Below are positions 19,517 through 26,231 of a stretch of DNA of 34,370 nucleotides, one piece after another; within the stretch, counting starts at the first letter, position 1; each line of letters opens with the position of its first letter. The stretch lies in the IMG/VR virus record IMGVR_UViG_3300032287_000440, positions 1-34,370 of that record; one strand, 5' to 3'. Made by a program: the position numbers and the translations under genes. Under the pieces are notes generated by a model. It was not told the DNA's origin, searched no databases, and saw only the letters and a program-made list of their open reading frames with translations. Source of the DNA: a virus. Taxonomy: Duplodnaviria > Caudoviricetes.

Positions 19517-19699
19517 TTAAATACGTTCGTTTATGACGTTTGACCAAATGGTCTGTGGTTTTTGATGGTCGCGGTAAAACTTAATCAAATAATCAACGAC
19601 TTGGTGATAAGACATTGATATGCCCAATTGCTGTTGCAACGAGGCTTTGATTGCGTCAATGTTTCCATCAATCGGCAACGTGATTCTTTTAGTCACCAC
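19517..19699 (-). CDS. Small putative DNA-binding protein (RHH-like)
   Basis: GTG start; KRITL strand followed by two helices. Confidence 0.5.
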   Translation of the reverse strand: MVTKRITLPIDGNIDAIKASLQQQLGISMSYHQVVDYLIKFYRDHQKPQTIWSNVINERI

Positions 19700-19788
19700 G
19701 GTGCTTCCTCTGCATCCGAGGGGAATTTCTGCCGCTTTGGTTCTTTGTAAGGCGGCAAGGGAAAGGGCGGGAAAGGCCAAGTATTCAT
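19693..19788 (-). CDS. 31-aa Pro-rich peptide (not in ORF track)
   Basis: MNTWPFPPFPLPPYKEPKRQKFPSDAEEAPW; ATGA-coupled to rusA; SD GGAGG. Confidence 0.55.
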   Translation of the reverse strand: MNTWPFPPFPLPPYKEPKRQKFPSDAEEAPW

Positions 19789-20213
19789 TCCAGTTCCTCC
19801 TTAACCATGATGTCCACGCCCGGCTCACTTGCGTAGACCTTTGTGCAATGCAATGAAACGATCTGCGAATCGTCCTTAAAAACCACCCCATTCATGCCAT
19901 CCAACATGGATTTGGCAAGGTTGTCGATGTCTGGCTTCTTAATTGGCTTCTCCAAGCCCGTTAAACAGTCCTCTGTGCGCTTTTTAGAGTGCGACTTAGG
20001 GATGGGTAGCCTCATGTACAAATAAACGCCCACAGGGGTTTCTAGCGGCTCGTTCGATCCCATAGCGTTTTGGGAGGTCAGCCGCACATGATCCTCATAC
20101 GTCCGGGTTCCCTTGTCGGTGTAGGATTGGACTATTCCGTTGAATTGACGGAATCGAGGGCGCTTTTTAGGGACTGGTGTGCCCTCAACGTGAAAGTGAA
20201 CCATAAAAGTCAT
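19785..20213 (-). CDS. rusA: Holliday junction resolvase RusA
   Basis: G.PVPK.RPR and KPDIDNLAKS.LDG.NG....DDSQIV catalytic motif. Confidence 0.92.
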   Translation of the reverse strand: MTFMVHFHVEGTPVPKKRPRFRQFNGIVQSYTDKGTRTYEDHVRLTSQNAMGSNEPLETPVGVYLYMRLPIPKSHSKKRTEDCLTGLEKPIKKPDIDNLAKSMLDGMNGVVFKDDSQIVSLHCTKVYASEPGVDIMVKEELE

Positions 20214-20449
20214 TTGTTTAGCCTGTTCATTCGTTGTCTGAGATCAAAGGCGGCATCGTCACCGCGCAACCTTCTGATGTGGTTAATGGTTCTGTCCCAC
20301 CATATCCGGGCATCGTTCGGGCCAACCTCTTTGGCTTTCTCCCGGTATCTCTTTATCCATTCCCGAGCCTCTGCCTCGCGTATGAATTCCAAGGTCGCCG
20401 GTGACGAGTAGGGCGAGGTTGACTTTGTATTGCGGGGTCGGGATACCAT
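20210..20449 (-). CDS. Hypothetical protein; true start uncertain
   Basis: EAREW..RY...WW...RG helical pattern; ATGA-coupled to rusA. Confidence 0.55.
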   Translation of the reverse strand: MVSRPRNTKSTSPYSSPATLEFIREAEAREWIKRYREKAKEVGPNDARIWWDRTINHIRRLRGDDAAFDLRQRMNRLNK

Positions 20450-20492
20450 TTTTTGCTCCGTCCAAAATCAAGTGTGCTTCTGCGTTGGTCAT
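20283..20492 (-). CDS. Hypothetical protein
   Basis: MT.AEA..ILD..K.G...N.AL..TGDL; SD AGGAG; ATGA-coupled to MTase. Confidence 0.55.
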   Translation of the reverse strand: MTNAEAHLILDGAKNGIPTPQYKVNLALLVTGDLGIHTRGRGSGMDKEIPGESQRGWPERCPDMVGQNH

Positions 20493-21304
20493 TTAAATGC
20501 TCCTGCTAACAATCGGAAGGCTTCTGCGGCACAGAGGGGGACTTGTCCGTTGCCAATGGATTTAAGTCTGTCCACCCTAGCGGCCACCCCATCAGCCACT
20601 CGACCCACGTTGGGTTCAGCTTGCCACCATTTCCCGCCCCCATTAGCCTGGCTTCCTCGATGGTTGTGTTCTTGTTCAGCAGTTCCCATGAACCTGTCCC
20701 GCCACACATCCCAGCCGTTCTCGGTGTGGGCCAATTCACTTGCGCTGTCAGCGTTGGCGTGTTCCTGTTGTGTTCGCTTGGCGCGTTCGTTTCTTTTGCC
20801 ATATGTGCTGTTGGTGTAGGCCACGATCCACATTCTGTCCCTCTGGTGATTGGCTCCAACGTCTGCTGCTCCCATAACAGTCCATCGACAGTCATACCCC
20901 AGCGCGGCAAGGTCTGCAATGACTCTGGTTCCTCCTCTAGTAGTGAGCATTGGGGAGTTTTCCACGAACACGAATCGGGGTCGAACTTCGCCAACCAACC
21001 GCGCCATATGTTTCCACATTCCTGATCTTTCTCCATCAAGTCCATCACCTTTTCCTGCCGCACTAATGTCCTGACATGGAAATCCACCACTGATGACATC
21101 GACAACTCCTCGCCATGGATGTCCGTCAAAGGTTTGAACGTCATCCCAAATCGGGAAAGGCGGGAGAAGGTTGTCATTTTGTCGGGCGCACAGTACGCTT
21201 GCGGGATAGGGTTCCCACTCAACGGCGCAGACGGTTCGCCATCCAAGGAGTTTTTCCCCAAGTATTCCTCCACCAGCGCCCGCGAATAAAGCCAACTCAT
21301 TCAT
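20489..21304 (-). CDS. C5 cytosine DNA methyltransferase, catalytic (alpha) chain lacking motif IX
   Basis: Motif I LFAGAGG, IV GGFPCQDIS, VI VENS, VIII HQRDR, X LKSIGNGQVP. Confidence 0.92.
   Translation of the reverse strand: MNELALFAGAGGGILGEKLLGWRTVCAVEWEPYPASVLCARQNDNLLPPFPIWDDVQTFDGHPWRGVVDVISGGFPCQDISAAGKGDGLDGERSGMWKHMARLVGEVRPRFVFVENSPMLTTRGGTRVIADLAALGYDCRWTVMGAADVGANHQRDRMWIVAYTNSTYGKRNERAKRTQQEHANADSASELAHTENGWDVWRDRFMGTAEQEHNHRGSQANGGGKWWQAEPNVGRVADGVAARVDRLKSIGNGQVPLCAAEAFRLLAGAFK
20506..21300 (-). CDS. Overprinted MTase partner (beta) chain carrying motif IX and putative TRD
   Basis: 264-codon alternative frame with its own ATG and SD; two WPTP repeats; LNPTWVEWLMGWPLGWT. Confidence 0.75.
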   Translation of the reverse strand: MSWLYSRALVEEYLGKNSLDGEPSAPLSGNPIPQAYCAPDKMTTFSRLSRFGMTFKPLTDIHGEELSMSSVVDFHVRTLVRQEKVMDLMEKDQECGNIWRGWLAKFDPDSCSWKTPQCSLLEEEPESLQTLPRWGMTVDGLLWEQQTLEPITRGTECGSWPTPTAHMAKETNAPSEHNRNTPTLTAQVNWPTPRTAGMCGGTGSWELLNKNTTIEEARLMGAGNGGKLNPTWVEWLMGWPLGWTDLNPLATDKSPSVPQKPSDC

Positions 21305-22062
21305 GCTCCTTTCCTCAATGCCGCCATCTTTGCCAAAACTTCTAGGGACGGAGGAGCGGCTCTTTTCCTGTCCTCATCCAGTTTGACCAGCGCCGGGTCG
21401 CGTTCTTTGGTTCCAGGTACTGTGGTTCTGGCAATGTCAGCAGGTGCAACCTTGAGCGCATTCTGTCGGCGTATCCAATTGCGCCATGTGGCCTCCCAAT
21501 CGGTCTTAACGCCTTTCTGACCGGGTTGGGCAATCCAGTAGTCTCGGAATTGCTCCCAAACATCTAAGGCAGAAAGTTCGGGGCGGGTTTTGATGCAGAA
21601 CGAACACCATTCTTCTGGCAAAAGAAAATTTGGGTCAAGGCGCGAACCGCGCCGCGCTTTAACCTTGTGTTCTGTGTCTTGTGTAGTGTGTAATGTGTCT
21701 TGTGTAGCATTGCTTTCGGATTGCGTTGGCAATGCGTTCGCATCCTTGGCTTTGCTCCATCGTGCTTGAGCACTTTTGCTGGCTTTGTTTGACTTCTCTC
21801 CAGCCTTAGCAATCTCAGCATTTGCCCGGTGATGAATCCACCCTTTTTCTGTGCGCTCGAAATACTCTTGCAATACGGACGCAATGCAATCCGTATGCGA
21901 ACGCATACGAATCTGCCTAGCGGTTTCGCTTATTTCGTTAGGAATGGGGGATTCGTGAAGATAGTACCAATCCAGCAAACGCCGATAGGTCAAATCTTCC
22001 ATTTCGGAAAGATGTTCCGTGTGACTTTTGTAGTCACCAATATTGAATTGGTAGTAGTGCAT
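21301..22062 (-). CDS. Replication initiator, YdaU/DUF1376 family
   Basis: MHYYQFNIGDY..T.HLS..E...YRRLLD.YY..E.P; C-terminal FRDYW..K.DW.ATWRNW. Confidence 0.88.
   Translation of the reverse strand: MHYYQFNIGDYKSHTEHLSEMEDLTYRRLLDWYYLHESPIPNEISETARQIRMRSHTDCIASVLQEYFERTEKGWIHHRANAEIAKAGEKSNKASKSAQARWSKAKDANALPTQSESNATQDTLHTTQDTEHKVKARRGSRLDPNFLLPEEWCSFCIKTRPELSALDVWEQFRDYWIAQPGQKGVKTDWEATWRNWIRRQNALKVAPADIARTTVPGTKERDPALVKLDEDRKRAAPPSLEVLAKMAALRKGA
21665..21745. repeat. Candidate replication origin iterons inside initiator gene
   Basis: TGTGTCTTGTGTAG at 21673 and 21694 (21-bp period) plus adjacent short GCATTG/GCAATG repeats. Confidence 0.5.
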
Positions 22063-22154
22063 TGCACTTCCTCGCTTACCTCCAGAAAGAAACGCGCGGC
22101 AGGTGGGAGGTGCACTTTTCGATCAGGGGATCAATCCTGATCTAGCCGGGTTTC
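22063..22154 (-). ncRNA. Structured 5' leader of replication gene
   Basis: Nested stems GAAAC/GUUUC, CGGC.AG/CUGCCG, GAUCAGG/CCUGAUC; ACCUCC complementary to downstream GGAGGU. Confidence 0.6.
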
Positions 22155-22159
22155 AAAAA

Positions 22160-22187
22160 ACTATACCATCAAATTCCGCAACCGCAA
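22160..22187 (-). promoter_or_regulatory. Putative sigma70 promoter for replication operon
   Basis: TTGCGG-16-TATAGT with extended TGn, just upstream of the leader. Confidence 0.5.
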
Positions 22188-22297
22188 ATCATTTTGCCGT
22201 TAGCGCCCTGGATGCAACGATAAGGCTGGAAGGTCGGGCAAGCTGCCATAGCAACGCCAGAGGCAAAAAGCACGAGGGAAACAATCAGTTTTTTCAT
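22169..22297 (-). CDS. 42-aa secreted Cys-rich micropeptide (not in ORF track)
   Basis: MKKLIVSLVLFASGVAMA signal peptide plus ACPTFQPYRCIQGANGKMICGCGI; SD AAGGA. Confidence 0.75.
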   Translation of the reverse strand: MKKLIVSLVLFASGVAMAACPTFQPYRCIQGANGKMICGCGI

Positions 22298-22308
22298 GGT
22301 GGTTCCTT

Positions 22309-22473
22309 TCATTGAATAACATCAAACCATTTGGGCCGCAAAAGCATTAGCTGGTAAATCCGTCCTTGTGGGATAGATTTCCATTGCCAAACCGCCCCTC
22401 TGGTGACCCCCAGGAGGCGTGCTAGGTTGGCTTGTGAGCCAGCCAGTTCAATTGCTTTATCTTTTGTCAACAT
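22309..22473 (-). CDS. cro: Cro-like HTH regulator (probably leaderless)
   Basis: AIELAGSQANLARLLGVTRGAVWQW..IP..R.YQL; ATG 6 nt after -10 TATACT with no SD. Confidence 0.85.
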   Translation of the reverse strand: MLTKDKAIELAGSQANLARLLGVTRGAVWQWKSIPQGRIYQLMLLRPKWFDVIQ

Positions 22474-22479
22474 TCTGCG

Positions 22480-22562
22480 AGTATAGAATCCTAGACGAAA
22501 ATACAACACATAACCCTGTATTGCGCTTGGGTATTGAGTTGTGGTCTAGTTTGCTATACACT
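22480..22562. promoter_or_regulatory. Divergent promoters with two operator-like palindromes
   Basis: Leftward -10 TATACT at 22480-85; rightward TTGAGT-17-TACACT at 22534-62; GTCTAG-N4-CTATAC at 22481-96 (-) and 22544-59 (+). Confidence 0.7.
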
Positions 22563-22608
22563 TCAGTCATCCCGTAGCGCAATGCAAGCGGTCTTTTAAG
22601 GAGCAAGT

Positions 22609-22755
22609 ATGAAGCAAGCGTATGTTGTTGAGTTCAACACCACAAACACTTCTGATGGCTGGTCAAGGATTGAATTCACTTCAATCACTAAGGCTTTGGG
22701 ATTTGTTTCCCTGATGGTCAAGCGCGGCTGCCATTGCCAAATTTTCCAAGCATAA
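22609..22755 (+). CDS. 48-aa early hypothetical protein (not in ORF track)
   Basis: SD TAAGGAG; MKQAYVVEF...CHCQIFQA. Confidence 0.65.
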   Translation: MKQAYVVEFNTTNTSDGWSRIEFTSITKALGFVSLMVKRGCHCQIFQA

Positions 22756-22767
22756 AGGAGCACACAC

Positions 22768-22911
22768 ATGAAGAACTACCAAACCCCCCGCAACCTCGCA
22801 GACGCCACCTACACGGTTGGCTACTCCACCAGCAAGCCTGAAAGGGTCTTGCGGTATGTCTACGCATTCGCCGCAGGTTTCCTACTTGCCATGATCGTTT
22901 TTGGAGGTTGA
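22768..22911 (+). CDS. 47-aa early membrane protein (not in ORF track)
   Basis: SD AAGGAG; C-terminal TM VYAFAAGFLLAMIVFGG. Confidence 0.65.
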   Translation: MKNYQTPRNLADATYTVGYSTSKPERVLRYVYAFAAGFLLAMIVFGG

Positions 22912-22913
22912 AC

Positions 22914-23099
22914 ATGAACGCACAACAAATCATTGAAAGCATCCGTGACTACCGTGATGCCCATTTTTCCAAGGATGACCCCATGCGTACCGAGTACCAA
23001 GTGGGATGCCTTGAGACAAAGATCATGGAACTCTGTTTCATTTACAACAACACCGTGGAAGCCATGCGCGAGATTCAGCGCGATTTGGAGGCGAAATGA
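22914..23099 (+). CDS. Hypothetical early protein
   Basis: SD GGAGG; ATG 22914. Confidence 0.6.
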   Translation: MNAQQIIESIRDYRDAHFSKDDPMRTEYQVGCLETKIMELCFIYNNTVEAMREIQRDLEAK

Positions 23100-23344
23100 G
23101 ATACCTAGTCCTAATCCCTGCAATCCTTCTGGTGGGTTGCTCATCAACTTCCTCGCCGAATGCGGCACAACAAGAATTGGTGCTTGATAAGCACGTTCAG
23201 CCCTTGAGCCGCAACGAGGTGATCTATGCGGTTCGTGAATGCGAAACCAACAAAACCCGCGCCGTGATGATCTTTGGCAAACGCAAGATCAATGGCTACA
23301 CAACAGACGTTGTGGTTGACGTAACGTGCGCCCCTAAGTGGTAA
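23096..23344 (+). CDS. Early lipoprotein
   Basis: Lipobox LLVG/C after hydrophobic leader; two further Cys. Confidence 0.7.
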   Translation: MRYLVLIPAILLVGCSSTSSPNAAQQELVLDKHVQPLSRNEVIYAVRECETNKTRAVMIFGKRKINGYTTDVVVDVTCAPKW

Positions 23345-23353
23345 GGAGACATC

Positions 23354-23956
23354 ATGGAAACACCAATCGGAATGAAAGTAGCGGCGGCATTTGTCAAGGC
23401 TCAAAAAGAGTTTGGCCCTGCGCTTAAGCTGTCAAGCAATCAGGCATTCAAACAAAACGGCAGGGTCAGCCGATACGCTGATTTGACGTCTTGCCTAGAG
23501 GCGGTTATGGACGCGCTGAACAACAACGGAATCGCATTGATGCAACGCACTTACGAATGCAAAGACGGGGTGATGTTGGAGACTGTGTTTCTGCACGAAT
23601 CTGGCGAGGTATTAGAGGGTGGGTTGCTTCATGTACCAGCGACCAAACATGACGCGCATGGATATGGCTCTGCCCTGACCTATGCTCGGAGATACAGCCT
23701 CATGGCAACCTGCGGCATATCGGCAGAAGATGACGATGGAAATGCGGCATCTGGCAAACCAGAACCCAAGCCCACAACCAAGGTTGACCCCGGCATGATG
23801 GCAGACCACCTGGCGGCAATCGAGGCGTGCATTGATATGACAACCCTCAAGACTACTTACAACGCCGCCTATGCGTCTTGTGATGGGGATGCGGTTTGGC
23901 AAGCAAAGGTAATGGCAGCAAAAGACAAGCGCAAAAAGGAGTTAACAAATGGATAA
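23354..23956 (+). CDS. erf: ERF-family ssDNA annealing protein
   Basis: YADL and GSALTYARRYSL..G...EDDDGN motifs. Confidence 0.92.
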   Translation: METPIGMKVAAAFVKAQKEFGPALKLSSNQAFKQNGRVSRYADLTSCLEAVMDALNNNGIALMQRTYECKDGVMLETVFLHESGEVLEGGLLHVPATKHDAHGYGSALTYARRYSLMATCGISAEDDDGNAASGKPEPKPTTKVDPGMMADHLAAIEACIDMTTLKTTYNAAYASCDGDAVWQAKVMAAKDKRKKELTNG

Positions 23957-24170
23957 CAAACAAGACATAGATTTGCTTTTTGAAACAAACAGCGCTGATT
24001 TAGAGGCATTGCAGGATGCTCAATTTACCCTTGAAGCAATTAAAAGTGCTGACCCAGGCACTTACGATGAAATCATTGATGATTCTTTAAGACTTATTCA
24101 AAAATCATTGAGTATGAGTCCTCAAAGTTCCATAGAAAGACTAGCAAAACAGTTAGGAGTCAATATATGA
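23949..24170 (+). CDS. Hypothetical protein (AT-rich)
   Basis: SD AAGGAG; overlaps erf stop. Confidence 0.6.
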   Translation: MDNKQDIDLLFETNSADLEALQDAQFTLEAIKSADPGTYDEIIDDSLRLIQKSLSMSPQSSIERLAKQLGVNI

Positions 24171-24664
24171 GAAAGCACTACCTTTTACCAAGTGACTTTG
24201 CTGGATTTGCGGTAACTAAATTTAAGAGGGCAAAAGATGCGGCATTAAAAGCAAAACGGGAATTGCTGGCAAAAGAAAACGCAGAGGCCGTGTTAAGGAT
24301 TGAGCGTCAAGGTTTGGGATTGATCTACAAAGAAAAAACTGTTCGATCTGGGTTTACGTTGCCAACAAGTTATGAAGGTTATTGGCTAATCAAGCCAAAG
24401 AAAAACACAATCATAGGAAAGCGTGTTCAAAAAGAAATGGACGATGTTTGCAAGTTACTTGACGATTGGCAATGGTCAACAGAGAACGCTTTAGGCATAT
24501 ACGAATCTGTGTATGACAGAAGGGAATTCCACAACACGGTTTGTTACGCCCTAAAAGATGATTTAGTTGCAGTCAGTCAGCACAAGGACACAAAACATCA
24601 ACTGCCAGAGCAATATGCAATAACAAAAGAACTGTTTGAAACAATAATTAAGGAGGCAATTTAA
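24167..24664 (+). CDS. Hypothetical protein (AT-rich)
   Basis: SD TAGGAG; ATGA coupling. Confidence 0.65.
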   Translation: MRKHYLLPSDFAGFAVTKFKRAKDAALKAKRELLAKENAEAVLRIERQGLGLIYKEKTVRSGFTLPTSYEGYWLIKPKKNTIIGKRVQKEMDDVCKLLDDWQWSTENALGIYESVYDRREFHNTVCYALKDDLVAVSQHKDTKHQLPEQYAITKELFETIIKEAI

Positions 24665-25275
24665 TGGAACAGAAATCAGAAGAATGGTTCAAAGCCCGTT
24701 TGGGCAAGGTAACCGCAAGCCGTGTTGCTGACGTACTAGCCAAGACAAAAACGGGCTACAGCGCCAGCCGTGATAACTACATGGCTCAGTTGGTGGTGGA
24801 GCGCATGACCAACACTCAGGCTGAATCGTTTACCAATGCTGCCATGCAATGGGGAACGGATCAAGAGCCGTTTGCAAGGGCGGCTTACGAAGTCCAACAG
24901 AACGTTCTGGTAGACGAAACCGGCCTAGTCGATCACCCAACGATTGCGATGGCTGGCGCGTCTCCTGACGGCCTAGTGGGGGAAGATGGGTTGGTGGAGA
25001 TCAAATGCCCCAACACGGCTACCCATATTGATACGCTATTGACGCAGACTGTGCCTGGGAAATACATTACGCAGATGCAATTCCAGATGGCGTGTACCGG
25101 GCGTCAGTGGTGTGATTTTGTCTCTTTTGACCCGAGGATGCCTAGTAAAGCACAATTGTTTGTCAAAAGGGTGCAACGGGACGATGGTTTTATAAAGGAG
25201 ATGGAATCGGAGATAACAAAGTTCTTGGCAGAAGTCACAGCCAAGGTGGAGCAACTTAACAAACTAATCGCATGA
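24664..25275 (+). CDS. YqaJ / lambda-exonuclease family nuclease
   Basis: EQ.SEEW..AR.GKVTAS, GASPDGL, EIKCP and Y..QMQ.QM motifs. Confidence 0.93.
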   Translation: MEQKSEEWFKARLGKVTASRVADVLAKTKTGYSASRDNYMAQLVVERMTNTQAESFTNAAMQWGTDQEPFARAAYEVQQNVLVDETGLVDHPTIAMAGASPDGLVGEDGLVEIKCPNTATHIDTLLTQTVPGKYITQMQFQMACTGRQWCDFVSFDPRMPSKAQLFVKRVQRDDGFIKEMESEITKFLAEVTAKVEQLNKLIA

Positions 25276-25541
25276 AACATCAATTCGACATCAAATTTGC
25301 CGCCCGTAAGTACAAAACCACACATGGAGAAGAAAGAACCTACTGGAGCCCTCATGGGACGGTTTGGATTGAATCTGACCAGCCTTTGGACATCAAAAGC
25401 CTGACCATCAAGATTGACAGCATTCCGCAGTCAGCCAATTGGGAAGGTTATTTCAAAGCATTTGCCCACCGCCCCAAAGAAGAAGGCAATATGTACCCCA
25501 AGGGAGGATTCCCTCCCAACGATTACAACGAAGATTTCTGA
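25272..25541 (+). CDS. Putative small ssDNA-binding protein
   Basis: Follows erf/exo; aromatic beta strands; acidic C-terminus DYNEDF. Confidence 0.55.
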   Translation: MKHQFDIKFAARKYKTTHGEERTYWSPHGTVWIESDQPLDIKSLTIKIDSIPQSANWEGYFKAFAHRPKEEGNMYPKGGFPPNDYNEDF

Positions 25542-25546
25542 TTAAC

Positions 25547-25628
25547 GGGCGGGAAAACGGGTTAGCGCCGTGGTCACTTTTCTAAAGTGTTGTTCAAGCC
25601 TACGCTGCTTTATGCGACCCGCCCACCA
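25547..25628 (+). ncRNA. Degenerate tRNA-like RNA with encoded CCA
   Basis: 7-bp GGGCGGG/CCCGCCC stem plus ACCA; D-like and anticodon-like hairpins; non-canonical T arm. Confidence 0.6.
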
Positions 25629-25642
25629 CCTGGAGCACACAA

Positions 25643-25960
25643 ATGAGCATTTTTGACGTATTGAAGAAAACCAACATCTTTCCCAGGGTTCGCAACGCCG
25701 ACCCCAACACAAGCGCCGAGGCTGCTGACAAGGCCGGTAACCTGTCCATACAGCATGGGGAAATCATTGTTCAGGCTCTGGTTGCCTACGGGCCAATGGG
25801 CAAGGATCAGATTGCCGAGGTGACCTATCTGGACGGAAACCAGGTCGCCAGACGCATGAAGGAACTAGAAACTCTGGGGTTAGTCCATTTGACCGGGCGC
25901 ACCGTAAAGAACAAATCAGGCCGTCAGGAACGTGAGTGGGCGGCTACAATGTGTGCTTGA
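25643..25960 (+). CDS. Winged-helix DNA-binding protein
   Basis: R..DP.TS.EAA N-motif; QVARR.KEL...GLV..TG....SGR..R.W. Confidence 0.75.
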   Translation: MSIFDVLKKTNIFPRVRNADPNTSAEAADKAGNLSIQHGEIIVQALVAYGPMGKDQIAEVTYLDGNQVARRMKELETLGLVHLTGRTVKNKSGRQEREWAATMCA

Positions 25961-25984
25961 CAAGTCCCTAGATTTGTCGAAAAT
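25957..25984 (+). promoter_or_regulatory. Putative promoter overlapped by an inverted repeat
   Basis: TTGACA-16-GAAAAT; GACAAGTC-N4-GATTTGTC at 25959-78. Confidence 0.5.
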
Positions 25985-26015
25985 TGAATTTCCCACAACC
26001 TTGCAAGGAATCAAA

Positions 26016-26231
26016 ATGGGCAAAATGGACAGCATGAAAGGTGTTAAGAGCACCACCGGCGCAATCCCTCCCAAGGGCGCAACCTCCAGCGATATGTCTG
26101 GTGAGCGCAAGGGCAAGATGGTAGGCGGCGTGGCAATGGGTATGGAAGATGCAACGGGCGCTGACAAGCAGTTCAATACTGGTCGCACCCCCGGCGTTTG
26201 CTACACCCACACCCGTAGCGAATACCGCTAA
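26016..26231 (+). CDS. Small G/K/M-rich hypothetical protein
   Basis: SD AAGGA; ATG 26016. Confidence 0.6.
   Translation: MGKMDSMKGVKSTTGAIPPKGATSSDMSGERKGKMVGGVAMGMEDATGADKQFNTGRTPGVCYTHTRSEYR

Noticed and set aside
22192-22268. TTTTGCC/GGCAAAA stem containing GTTAGCGCC, shared with the tRNA-like RNA
   Set aside because: Lies antisense within the micropeptide ORF and has no ACCA end; probably coincidental
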